Source: Lingula anatina
Taxonomy: Eukaryota; Animalia; Brachiopoda
Assembly: GCA_051362555.1 (NCBI GenBank)
Contig: CM120641.1
Span: forward strand, 11,718,001 to 11,782,000
Length of the DNA: 64,000 bases
Direction: 5' to 3'
Shown: positions 18,811-32,700 of the stretch, one piece after another
Numbering within the stretch: the first letter of the stretch is position 1
How the letters are laid out: each line of letters starts with the position of its first letter
The notes under the pieces: model-generated
The model's input: only the letters and a program-made list of their open reading frames with translations
What the model was told of the DNA's origin: nothing
The model's database searches: none
Program-made: the position numbers and the translations under genes

Positions 18811-19357
18811 ACTGGCTGTGGTGGGTGTTCTATCTTCTCTACTGCAATATATCTGACGTTACGAGCAATACTAATGCAATAAGTCGCCTTGTTTTGGGTG
18901 AAGGTTTTTGTTTGAATGCAAATCAAAATTATTGTTGCCTTTATCACTTAAAGACTACATCAGATATTTTGAAAATTTCAGGCAGGCCGTTTTCCTTTCG
19001 TTTTCATTGGAAACTGAGGGCATGGTAATTATTGATAGTTATAGCGCTTATTCTTTATTAGTCTTTTAGTAAGATCTTTATCAACATCATCACGTAAAAA
19101 AACACAGTTTTCTTTGTTATGTTTCTTATAAGAAGAACTGAATTCACGTTGATATTAGTCAAACAGGCTATTTCTCTTTAATTTCAACCTAATATGATAA
19201 GGCTTCGAAAATAAAAGTAGGCGATTCCTTAATATGATCATTATTGTTTTTTCCTTGACCAAGTTAATTAATGCCGACTATTTTAGATAACAAGAATTCT
19301 TCCCATCCTTTCATTAAATATAAATCGGTCATATTATTGTGTAAACGGCAGCTGGTA

Positions 19358-19594
19358 GGGGAGACTGGGGCTACTTGGATCCCGGGGTAAGTTGGACCCC
19401 ATCAAGTCTCTTTAATAAAGTTACTTTAAGATGCTAAATTATTTCATTTGGACTCACTGCCGACGCTTTCTTAGCACTGTTGGATAAGGTCAGTTTACAA
19501 AATGATGTGATCAATTCTTTTCCCCCATAGTTACTTTGTCATAAATGGATGTGGGGCCAACTTAACCCGGGGTCCAACTAGCCCCGGTCTCCCC
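19358..19594. mobile_element. TA-flanked MITE (Tc1/mariner/pogo-type) with GGGGAGAC termini
   Basis: TA|GGGGAGACTGGGGCTACTTGGATCCCGGGGTAAGTTGG ... CCAACTTAACCCGGGGTCCAACTAGCCCCGGTCTCCCC|TA: about 40-bp imperfect TIRs and a TA TSD. Confidence 0.85.
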
Positions 19595-19767
19595 TATGGT
19601 AAAAGACAAAGGATGTAAGAAATAAAAATAAATACAGGGTTAGGTGACTGAATCACACTGTCTTAAAATAAAAATATTGTCTAAGTCCCAGGAAATTCTT
19701 TCGAGAAATAGATATGAAGCGATTACACGAATCCTATGACTCGAATCTCCTCTGCTTGAAAAATAAG

Positions 19768-19769
<2 letters not shown>

Positions 19770-19831
<62 letters not shown>
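19770..19831. repeat. Compound microsatellite (CA)n(GA)n
   Basis: Directly visible dinucleotide runs. Confidence 0.95.
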
Positions 19832-19839
<8 letters not shown>

Positions 19840-21382
19840 TTGACAAAACGACCAATATTGATGCTGTCCACTGCAATATGTCGCTGTAGTCAGATTAATA
19901 TATAACGGCTGTTTTAAGGAGACGTAATGGACCTACTAATTTGAGATAACATTGATGTGGGGTCTTTTCCGTTGAACAACAATGCCTGCATTTGCTCTTC
20001 GTTGTTGAAGATTTTAAAGGAATAATGCAATATTCGCGTTACCTTGATGTACGTGAAAGGTTGAAGATATTACCGGTTATGATGTTACACCCAAGGGTAA
20101 TAGTTATTCACCTACCGAAAGGACAACTCACTCTTTGAAGAAAAACCACTAAGCCCAGATTGCTTGACGGTTAAGTTACTTGGCAATGCATTCCTCTCAT
20201 CTGTTTTATCGTCTAATGTCGAGCGCCAGCAGGAATACACTTCAGAGAATGACTTAACTACCCTCTTTTATCATACCATTAAATTACTCCCTACCAGCAA
20301 AAGCAGTACTCTGAGACTTGACGCGACACCCTCCATGTCGTCTGCGTAATGCTTTTCTCCTTTTCGAAAAAAAAAACTCGGCATTTATTTTTAGTTAAAT
20401 CTGAACGAAAGAGTGTGACATTTGATAAATGTTGTTGGAGAGTCTTGGAGACTGTGGTGTTGCATGTATATTTCTGAGCTTAATAAAGAGGCTCCCGTTG
20501 CACTATCTCCAATGAACAACCGGACACATGTTCGAATGATTGCCGAGATTACTGCGAGACATCAGCGACTTTTAAGGGTTTGAAACGTGGAATCACACAT
20601 CTTCTCTCAATCATGAAGTGCACTGATTACTTACGAAAAGTGCCCAGTGTTTAAGGATTATCGATTCCGTAGGTCGAAATATGTGGAATATGCTGCTGCT
20701 GATACGGTGTCGGTTACTGCAATGTATCATCGTTGCCAGTGAGACACAGAGACGTAATTGAATCGAACAGTTAATTATCTACGCGCATTATATAAACTTT
20801 GGCGGCGTTTTAAATGATTTTAAATGAAGTACGGACGTTAGACAGTCAAATTTGGTAAAAGGGATGGACTTTCATGACATGTGCTTGTAAGATGATCGAA
20901 AACGATCAAAGGGCGGACTTGAAAGGTACCCTTCCCATATTTTGTGATGTGTTTACTACTCGACTGACAGAAAATGAGTTAAACTTTGTGAGTTAAACTT
21001 TACAACAGTCGAGTCGGCCGCCAAAGAGAAAATTCTCTGACACGCGCCCAACTCATTGACTTGCATTGTTGAGGAGGCTTGGCATTTGTGAGGGTAATAA
21101 TTTAGTTTCGACATGCTGTGAAATAGAAATGTGTCATTTTAGCGGGCAGTTCCCGAGAAAATAACGAGTTGGTTGAAATCATTTAACAAGAACCTCAAAG
21201 CTGGGCAACACTAAAGTCGAGCTTCATCATCGGACGCTGATTACTTCTCGAACAACAAGTTTCCTAGTGTCCGAAGAGTTTGTCAAACATTGGATTTTTC
21301 AGTACTTCGCCGAGAAGGTTAAAGCCAACAGAATGATTTGTTAAGTCGCACTTTCACTGCAAATTTCACGTAACAGAAGACG

Positions 21383-24300
21383 ATGTTGTTGGTAAAGAAT
21401 CGAGTATTTGTGATGGCTTTCCTTGTCTCCCTGAGGTTGCCTGAAGGGTCTTCAGACTCGATTCGGATAGGGTACATCACCGGGTCCGAGAAACCCCATC
21501 CAAAAAGCATGTATAAAAGGCCTGGGATCAACATCTCTGGGGCGCTGACACTGGCGGTGAACGAAATTAACAATGACTCCAACATTTTACCTAACCATAC
21601 ACTGGAATTCACAGTCAAGGAGACATACGGCAAAGAATTGAATAGCGTTCGACACGCGTGCGATTTGTCCACGAACGAAAGCATCAGTGCCATCATAGGG
21701 CCACAGGAAACCTGCATCTTCGAGGCTAAAGTTGCGGCAGCGTATAATGTCCCTATGGTTTCATACGTAAGTTAATCGGAAATGAAACATTGTTAAATTG
21801 CGGTGTTTGAGATTCATTTAACATATTTGTAGACAATAAGCAATTTCTTAGGTAAATAACAGACTGCTCAAACCCAAACCAACAGGGAATATATTTTCAG
21901 GTATGATGTGCCGTGCAGCTCTGTTTTGAACAAAACAAATCTGGTTAATCATTTTCAGTCAGTCACTTCTCAACCCCTGCATTATTACTTGGCTTCTTTC
22001 TGCACATCATTCCCTCACGTCATAGGCCATAGCCAACACTGGCGGGAACACAAGGTTTGGTCTTTTAAATGCCACAGTTTTAAACTGATGCTGAGCTGAA
22101 GCCACTGATTAATTTTCTATTCAGTGCGAATGAACTTTAACTTTAAGCGCAATAAAACATTTTGTCGCGTGATAAATTGAAACTTAAACTGGGTCAAAAT
22201 TGAGTAGAAATTATAGGACGCTTTAATGTTTCTTACTCCCATAAAGAGGCAATGGAATGGACCTGGCCCTCGGTCACCTTAGCCCAAAACACATTTATAA
22301 TCGAAAAGAAAACGTACTTCCAAACACTTTAAAAACAAATTTAAACAAGGTTGCCTTAAGGATATTGTCACCCTTCGCCCAAAACTCCTAATTTACTGCC
22401 TTACATACATTCTTTTGGATAATAAATAAATCTTCAGTGTTCAGTGACTCAATTAATTAACATTTATACATATGCCATCTTACAGGTGACGTCATAAATG
22501 CGATTTTGGGGTAAAGACTGAAAAATCGGTTTCTCAAATTTCTCTTTTACCTGAGCACCCACGATCACCGTTTCAACGCCGATTTTAATGACATCATTTA
22601 GTACTACAAAACCATGTCTGCGATTTTTCTTTTATCGTCGAAAAAGCAAAATAATGCCTTTGCTTAATGAAAATCTGTAATTAGGGGTTCATAACTCCGT
22701 ACCAAAAACATAAATACCATAAAAACGACACGGGGTAACCTATACATTCCAGGTCAACTCTGCCAATTGTCGTGCTAAAATCTTGTTCAGGGATGCCCAT
22801 ACATAGACATAGAATACATTCAGTAGAAATCAACGGTAATATATTCTTCCAAATCTTGAAGCCTTTGCTGCAATTTATTGATGATTTATTCAGGGATCCA
22901 TTATTTTTATTAGAGATATCATTTAAAAGAAGGGGAATTAATAACTATAAAGGGGTTTGAATTGATAACAATGAAATCACTGATTAGAAAAATATCCAAT
23001 ATCCATCATACATGTAATTACTAGGAAACCACACAATTCATTTTCCTTTGTGCTGTGTTATACAAGGCTGTTGTGCTGATGAAAAAAGTGCCGGCGTTCT
23101 TAACAGCTTGCTTCATTACCTCAAAGATATTATGTAAAACTGCGGGTGGATGTTGCTTTACAAAGGATGTGTCCAAAAACGTGAATACCGCAGAAGGGTT
23201 AAGTTAGTTGGAAATCGTGCCAGTGCTGCCTTAACTAGCTGCTTGGCGGCTGATTACAACTTGAAAGAACGAGGGCGGGTGATTTAAAGAGATTATATCA
23301 CAGAGCGCTTAAGCAAACGTTCTTGGTAATTCGCTTCGGAAAATAATTCAAACAGCCGTGCAAACGCAGAACCTGATTGATTCAGACTTCGCTAATAAGT
23401 GATATGTCTTTTTGTTTCTCTATAAGAGCTTTTTAGTGGGTGTAGGCCTATGTGAGTGCGAATTTGCTTGCTTATCTATACTGTTGTAATGGACTAAGCA
23501 CAGTGCAGCTTTACGTTGAAAATTAAAACACCAATCATGTATGAAGTATTTTGCATGCTTTAAATTTTACAACTTTTAAGTTTTAAAAGATTTTGCCTCT
23601 ATAGGTTGGAACGGAAACTAGCTACACCGCTGTCAACACCGTTGGGATGGCAATTTATAACCCATGCGTTCATATCTACGTTTCACCGCTTAAGTTGTTA
23701 TGCCATAAGCAATTTGTGGTCTGTTCTTATTCCGTTAACGAAGCTTGTTTAAAGAGGCACTTTTCAGGATTTCATGGAAACGTGGCCTTGGCTAGTGAGT
23801 TATTATCACAAAGATAACAATACTTGAAATTCCCTTTGGAAACTTCTGAGAAAATATGGAACGGAATGACGGTGTTATAGCAATATAATGTTAAAACTGA
23901 TCTTTTAAGAGGAAAAAACAACAACAAATAACTTGTAGTCTATCACCCTTCTCAACCCCATGAAATGCATAAAAGGATAGAGTGTTTATTCCGAACGCAT
24001 GGTATTTAGATGCGACACTGGATTTAAAAGGTTAATTTGTATCCAGGTGTTTTCACGAAATTCCTTTAAACGAACCGTTACGAATCTTCATTAATTTTTA
24101 AAGGGATAAGATGTCTGTGATGAAAATGAAATGAAATTGGTTCCATAAAAGGCGCCTCAAAGTGCACACATGGACTGTTAAATAAACATCAACATCTATT
24201 CTTATTAAATCATCATTATCTTTTAAAAATTAAAACCAAAATTTTCCATCCTTGCAACTCGATTCCAGTGCAAGCAAGATTAGATGTTTTAAGCTGTTCT

Positions 24301-27300
24301 TGTTGAACTGCTATTGAGATTGTGTTGAAGTACGAGAAAACATGGAAGGAAGAAAAAGAATTAGGAGAAGGAGTTCTATATTTAAACATTGTGTGTTGCT
24401 TTGTAAACACTGCCCAGCAAGAAGCCGGCAATTTTTTTTCTAATTGGTAAACGAAGGTTTAATGTTTGCTAGGATAATAGAATTTTGACAAAACAACAGA
24501 GAATTGTGATTGGGGATAGCTGTCAATCATGAATCAATTTAAGCCGGAGAGATTGCAAATAATCACATCAAACTGACGAAGGAGATTTTTTCGGCAAAAC
24601 AAACTGTTTGGCACTTTTCAGAAATCACTTCTTCCTTGTGCTTGCACTCTTAATTTTGAATTGCAGTTGAAAAAACACCTTTCATAAGTCATTGAAATCC
24701 CGTGTACCTGGTTAAAACCTGTTTAAGAGTCACACCACATCTGCGCCAAGGATCAACGGCAAGAATATGAAGTATGAATTTTGATTGGCGTTGTTATTCA
24801 GACGGCTTCTCATGTAGTGAGGTTTTTCATATTTGTGGATAACATTTTCACCGAAACACTTCACTAAGTGCTAAATATACATGACCATGCATTTGTCAAA
24901 AGTTTAATATATTCAGTCTAGACTTTTTTCACATTGGCAATCTAAAAGGCATATTGGCAAATAAGTAGCGCAAAATACTCCATGAAACCGACTTTGATCT
25001 CATTTTCGATATTTTATTCCAGAATACCCAATGTCGATCTCACCTTATCTAAAAACAAAATTACAGATAAATTTTATCTCTGTAGATACTATATTCTGTA
25101 AATGTAGCGATTTCCTTCGTGTGTTTGTGTCATTGAAGCGGTAACGAAGGTAGTTATTTTCTTGTTAACGCAATAACCTGAAATGATGAATGACATATAA
25201 CGATATCATAATATCTATCACAATACTTGTCTTGTTTTGATCCAAAACCTTCACCCCTATGCCTTTGAATCAAACGTTCGAATAAAACCAGGTTGACTTT
25301 TTGACTGAGCAGATATGCATGCATTAACAATTGATAGGATGCAGTTAATTAATTACAGTAGAAAATATGCACCACCCCCCCCCCCCAAAAAAAAAAAAAA
25401 GGAAACAAACAACAAAATGAGTGTTAGTGACACCCAAATCATGGATTCCATTAGTTTTTGTGCAGACCACCTGGGCTTTCCATCATGCTTCAAGAGTGTC
25501 ACCGTTGTAATGGAATGTATGGGGATCTGTTGATTGCTTTTCACTGCGAAATGACTCGAATGTGTTCATCGTTAACATCAAAGGGTTGTCAGCCAGTGGA
25601 GAATTAAAAGTCCCCTATACTATTTATGCGGCTGTAATGCAAAACATGTGAATCCATTGTGTTCAGTGTTTGCAGGGGGGCATGGGTGTTAACAGGTGCG
25701 ACTTTTGCCTGTTGACATTCCAGGACAGCGGCTGACCCTGGTTATGGAGAAGAGGGGGTATTGCGGACAACAGATTGGCTCGCCATTTGTTGCACCCCAC
25801 CCCCTGCTGTCTAAATTACCCTCTGCTACCATAGGGGCCCAAAGAAAAGTTTCCAAAATCAAAGAAGATTTTATATTTTTGTAAGAGACAACGAGCGGAC
25901 CCCGTGTTAAAGAGCATCCTCATTTTTTTTATTGAATGTGGGCCTTTTTCTCTAGATGGCAAGATGTGGACTTCTTTTGTTTACTGAAGAGCTTGCTCTA
26001 CAGCATTCTTTTGTCTGGAGAGCAAGCTCTTCAGGAAAAAAAAGTCCACATCTTGTTATATAGCTGCAAAGAAGGCCTAGGACCGGTGTGACGTGACGTC
26101 CCCCATGATGGAGAGTCCGCTTCCCATTCCTTTGTACAGGTAAAGTATAGATTTTGACCCACTTGGGTCAGGCTAACCCTAACCATTATAACTAAATGGA
26201 GGACGGACTTTCAGTTACACAGACCCTCAGTCTTGTACACCGGTGCCTCAGTACCGATATCTACGTTAACAGTGATCAACCCAGTAAATATCACTTGGAC
26301 TTCATCATTGTATATCTGGGCAGAAATTATATGAGAATACTAGTATCTAGTGAAATTTTCTATAGCAAAACCAATCTGTGCCTCTCGTGCTGTTAGACAC
26401 TTGCTAGGGTTTTAACATAATCATTATTATCCGATAATGCTTTATGTCGGTGACTTGCAAATCTACATTACATGTAGCAGACCAGAAGTAGCATCAGAAG
26501 GTATTGAGGCATGTGCAAACGATCTTCGAGAGCGACTGAGCTCATGTTCACTCGTCTTTAATGACGAAAAGACAGCTGTTTTTCTCCCTCTTCTCTACAG
26601 ATAAACGAGAACGAGAAAGCCCAAAGGTCGGAGATTTCAACATAAGACCATTGCAAAATGTAAAAAAAACATATGAGTTTTTTTTTCAAAGAAATGAATG
26701 ACTCCTCTTACCGAATTGTAAGAAAGTCTTATTTTGGTCCACACTTTGTGTATAAAATGAATGTTCACGCTTGCTTGTATTTTGCTATTGTCTTTTCGTA
26801 AACATCCAACTACTGTGGAAGGCCTCTGACAATGTTCCACGAATACCTGACTTTCTTTTCCTCTCATTATGTATACGTTCAGAAATGTTTCTTTATCCAT
26901 ATTTTTGTCAAATCAAAACTAATACTGGTAGATGTGCTTCTGATTGTAGACTTCTAAACGCGGACAATAACTGTTCCACCCAACACCTTTTCGTTGAAGA
27001 CTGAGAGTTGATCCTTTGTCTCTTCTAAAAATGAGATGGCTCAGTCGTTTCTTTGGTTAAAATAATTGATTGATTTAATTAGGAAATGCGATCTTGCATG
27101 TATTTTTGGCAGGATTCCATTTTGTTATTTTCACTTATCTTGACTAATAAAAATTGACAAATTAGATTCCAGATCCAATAAGCTTAGACCGTATCATTTT
27201 TATACTGGAGTATGAGACGTTTGTCCATAAATCTAATCACGCCAGGGAATGTTCTACGTTAATGCTGCGAAATTTGCAAGTGCTTGATGGCGTGCAAGTG

Positions 27301-29739
27301 TGAGATTGTTGGTAATAACATGTACCTGTGTTGTCCGTTTCTCTTCTTCCTTCTTTTTATTTTTTCCCTTTTTTCGAGAGCAAACGTTATGTGCCTCTAC
27401 CAGGACCACAGATGGATTTTTCACTAGATATTCCCAGATGTGGGAATTCCCTCTGGTTAAATTGACGGTAGTTCTCAGCAGTGTCGAGTCAGAGAAAAAG
27501 TTCACATGATATAATAGGCGGCCCTGGTAACAGGTAATTTGTCGCTATGTCTGTTTTGTGTGACATGAATGTTTGTGTTAAGAAGAGGAGAGAGGACTCT
27601 CCCTTTCTAACGCCTCTCGGCCAGCCAGAGTGGTATGAGAAGGAGTATATAGGTGATGCCTCACAGACTTATCGCGTGGAAACTATTAACTCCGCCAACC
27701 CCCTTAATTCATTCTGACGCTTACCTCATTATTTGGTTAGCCGAAGTTAGTCGAACAGCTGAGAACTGGGGTTGACCAACAGTGATCAACATTTTTAATC
27801 GCCTGGAAGAAACGTGAGAACTGTGAGCGAATTCTTCTCGTAATACGGAAGTGTGTAAGGGCCACAACACCATACAAACGTCACAACACCACACACGAGT
27901 CACAACACCATACAAACGTCACAGCACCACACACGAAAGTCACAACACCAAACAAACTCACAACACCAAAAGAAGTCACAACACCACACGAAAGTCACAA
28001 CACCAAACAACCAGGGAGTGCTTTAAACACAGAGGCTGAGTAGCATGTAATGATGTTTGCACTAGGGGACCACTCAAACTTGACCCACTTTGGTGGCCAT
28101 TAAAGAATATTCAATCAATTGTCAAGCCTACACATTAAAGAGCAGAGGCAGCCCCAACCCTTCAAGATGTAAAGTTTGTGTCTTATTTGTTACACAATAA
28201 GGCTTCGTTCACATGCAATGTCTATTTTCTAAATTCTATTTTCTATTTGCGGCATGTCTTATGATCACGGTCTGTGCACTGAATATCCCGCCGCGTAATT
28301 ACTGGCAGCGCGAGCCAGTTACTTATAGTAACTTATAGTAACTGGCTCGCGCTGCCAGTAATTACGCCGCGGGATATTCAGTGCACAGACCGTGATCATA
28401 AGACATACCGAAAATAGAAAATAGAAAATAGAAAATAGACATTGCATGTGAACGAAGCCTAAAGTTTAATTAAGATTTCAGATTCAGCTGTGCGAGTGGT
28501 GGGGTACAGCGTTTATAAAAAAAAGCTTACCAATAATGTAAGGTACGGTCCTTGTAGAAATAATATGGTAACGTAGAACAAATTAAGACTCCAGTGTCAT
28601 TTTCTTAATCTATTCCTAAACATCAATCAATCCCAGCTACATTTGAGGATCGCCAATTATTTTGAAACCATGTTTTTCTCAAAGTTCTTGCGAAAAACGC
28701 CGGTTATGTGATATTCAAGCATTAATCTCAACTACAGAAGTTGTGAACTATAAACATGACTTAAACGATTTAACATTCAGTACGTGTGACTTCTGGATGT
28801 TATTTGGCTGCTTGGCATGGTTGTCTATCCTGCTTCTGTAAAAAAAACCTTAGACGATCTGATTAAAATTAAAAATATACTGTTTTCTCTAGAAGGGTTG
28901 GAATTGCCACTGCTCTTTAATTTGCAACCTTATTCTTTAATGACCACTGAAGTCGGCCAAGTTGGGACGGACACTTGGTGCAAACATAATACATATGTTT
29001 CTCAGGTTTGCTACAAGATGTTGTGAGTTTTGCGTGTAGTGTTGTGGGTTCAGTGTGTGGTGTTGTGAGTTTTGTGTGGTGTTGTGAGCTCGTTTGGTGT
29101 TGTGCGTTCAGTGTGTAGTGTTGTGAGCTCGGTTGGTATTGTGGGTTATGTGTGTGGTGCTGTGACGTTTGTGTGGTGTTGTGACCCTTACACGCTTCCG
29201 TAATCTTCGCTTTTGCAAGTAGTATATAACTGAGAGGTCTTTAACTACTCACCTCTGTCAACTTAAATGCCTTTGTGTATCAAAAATGGGCCGGTCTTTC
29301 TTGTGACCCGACAGGGGATCGGACCCTCAAACTCCTGCAAATGGTTTCAGAAAAATATGTTCAGCTTTCAGGTTTAGAGATATCAGAATACCTAAAGCGT
29401 GTCTGTAAACTAGGAGAGACAAATAAGACAAATAGATCATGAACTTACTTCGTTTAGAAGAAGAAGAAAATAAAATACAACCTTGCACAGAAAGACTTTA
29501 CGCTTGGGATAATTCAGGATTGGAATTCTACCACTGGTACAAAAGAAGGGCAGATGGTGCATCTTTCAAAACCATGTTGCTTGGGCTACCATAGAAGTAG
29601 CTCTCCAAAGCGAGGCAATACTTAAAAATCACGAGGACGAGTGAAAATTGGCTTTTAAAAAGATGAAGTTTGCAGAGTGCAAAATTCTCAAGATTAATTT
29701 ATTATGAAAATGTTCAGTTATTATAAATATAAAGCATTC

Positions 29740-29799
<60 letters not shown>

Positions 29800-32700
29800 T
29801 TTATTATTTTTTGTTGAAATTACAGATTTAAAGCAGTCAAAGCTAGTTCTTATAACGAGACTTAGATGTTTTGTTCCTGTGCTGGTCACGGTTGTGTATC
29901 CTGTGCAACAAATCTGATCAGAATGATTGGCCTTATCCCCCAGGCCCTGTCGAGTGTTCTCGCTATAATCCAATTCTCGTTTGACGTCATCTGCCTTGCA
30001 CTGACCCAAAATTTTGTACCTCGGTTGGCCCTACCCTCTACCATGATTGATTTTCACTAGATATTCGAAGATATGTCTTTGGTTTAATTCACGGTTATTC
30101 TCTGTACTGTGGCCCTGTAATAAAATCTCAAGGATGATAACATAGCTGGTAATTGTTTGCATAACTACTCAGGCACTGCCACTTAACAAGTATCCCTGAC
30201 AGCAATCAAGATAGTTAATTGCTCTTCTCTGATAACAAAAATATTCCCTTATGAATAGCTTGTTACTTAAGAGTATTCCTTCAGCAGACAGACAAGACAA
30301 GACAGGCTGCGTAACGAGCGTTAATCACATCGGCGCGAACCCCAGCTCCCACTTAGCTCCTGCAGAGCGGGTGCAATGCCATCTGCACGCATACAGATTT
30401 AATTGCTTCCATATGGCCAAAAGTTACAGGGTCGCCTCTTTATAATAACAGGGTAGGTTGGCCCCTATTGCAACTGAAATTTTGCCCAGTAGATCTGAAG
30501 TGTGATAATGCCTCGTCTTGTTTTTCTAAATGTGGATGTGGCATGTTGGGTGCGCGCAGGAAGTTTGTCTTGTGGTGACCCTATCCTCTACTAGGGCCGC
30601 AGTTATTAGAGAATAACCGTGAATTAAATCAAAGACATTTCTCTGAATATCCAGTAAGAAATCAATCTGTGGCCCTGGTAGAGGGTACAGTGGCCCAAGT
30701 AATGTCTATAAGACGGCATTGCACAAATCAACACGTTCGACCAGGCATCAGTACTGGTCGTTCCTCTTCCAGGGGAAGAGTAAGCAACATGCTTCAGAAT
30801 GGCGATCTCAGGTCAAGTGGAACTCCTAGGAAATCAGCTTTGGTCAAACAAAAGTAGAATTGGCGCTTAGGAAGGCATGTCAACTCCATTGTCACCAACT
30901 CTTTCTTTGGGGACATGTCTGGTTTTCTGGTGGATTGAGATTCCTTTTCAACGTGTTGATGGCTGATTTCGTGTTCAATGCCTGGTTCATGTAGGGTCTG
31001 CTGAAGACTTGTGGCTCCGTCCTTAATTTTTATGGAACTATCATGATAATCTTGCAGTAAAAAGTGAAAACTGATGTTTGCAGGTACATGTAGGTTCTGA
31101 TGACAGAAATGGCACTATATTGTACGTCCCCTTTTGGCCGTGACTAGTTTCAACAGATTACATGACTATGTTGCACCTCATCGTGTCCCCGCAACATTTT
31201 TTCAATAAGCAGGGAGTTGAACATCTGGACTGGCTGATATGAATCCCAATGACCGCTGTTGGGATATTCAAGATCGGGTTGTCTGGTTGTTAGGAGAGGG
31301 TCTAGGCGACCATAGTGGCTTGGTCTTGCCAAGAGAGGAACAACAAACTGGTCAGTCAGTCAGTTCCCAGAAAAAAATCTATCTGGGTTCGCGGAAGCTA
31401 CATGTGTACAGGTGATCCTAACTCTGTGCTTGGATTCTTCATAAAAATTGGTATCAACCTACACTTCCATATGGAAACGACAGTTGGTTTTCTTGGCGAT
31501 CATGTACTAGATGTGAATTGATCAACAGTTATGAATCCAAACCTAAAAATTTAACAAATATACCGCAACATGGACGAAGAAATGGAATTATATTAAATCA
31601 TTAATGTGTGGTTGAATGGTTCTTTTAATCTTACTTTGTCCTTGTTGAAATCACATATTTTTTAATAAATATTAAAATATTCTATCATTTTAGCAAGATT
31701 GCACGGAACCAGTAGCTTATGTATGAATGTTGTTTATTCTCTTGGACTCAAGAGCAATATGTTTATTATTGGTATACACTGTATAGGTAAACAGATGAAA
31801 CAAAAACAAAGTTATTTTATTGGAATCATTTCCAAGTAGGTGTAGGGCTTTACGCGGAAACTTAATATCTGCGAATTACGTACATGTATGAAAGGGGTCG
31901 GTTAAAATGCATATTTCAAGATTTTATGTGGAAATTAACTAAATTCAACGGTCTTTTCAGCTTCCGTTTCACAATAAAGCATGTGGTCTTAGTCCAACAC
32001 TTCATTATTTTTGTACATATCACTATGCGGCAAATTTGAATACTTTAAACCTGTCGCACTGTTAAACACTTATTAGAACATATGCATTATACAAAGAATG
32101 GTAATATATACATTCTTGATGATTCTAGTAGCCAGCAGGTAGAAGGAACTCCCGCCTTGTTGACCTCTGCATAGAGATCACTATTAACTGATTGTGATAT
32201 TTAATTTACTGAACCGTTAGGGAGAAGCCTTTTAAATTTCTATGAATTTCCCCAGGTAAAAAGATAAAAGTAAAAAAAAAGATTGATACAAGTAGTGGCA
32301 GTAGAAAACATCCAGAGATTGAATTCATCAATCGATTGAATAAAGTGGAAATGTGACCCTGTATTCAACCCCAGAATGATATTATTATCGCAAATTTAAG
32401 TTAATAAGTTTATCCTAAATGATTTATTGAGGTATGCGTTTATCAGGCACGGCGTCTGCAATCGTATAACTTAAAGAGGAAACGTATCAAGCTCCCAGGC
32501 TATCAGAATGTAACGAATTTCACAGAGACCGAAATTAATTTTCTGAAATTGCTTAAAACGCATTTCACATTATGTTTCATTATTTTGTGCGTGCCGGCTT
32601 TCACACTTTAACTCTTTGGAATTCATGTGTGACATAACATCTAGCCAGCAGAGTGTACGTTTCTTATGGTTCATTTTGGAGAAACTGAAAAACATATTGC

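Noticed and set aside
21319-21717. 132-aa minus-strand ORF
   Set aside because: It is antisense to guanylyl cyclase exon 1.
27855-28010. Regularly spaced CACAACAC repeats that superficially resemble a CRISPR array
   Set aside because: The units are ~20-bp tandem repeats without unique spacers, are mirrored at ~29020-29185 as transposon arms, and lie in a eukaryotic intron with no cas genes.
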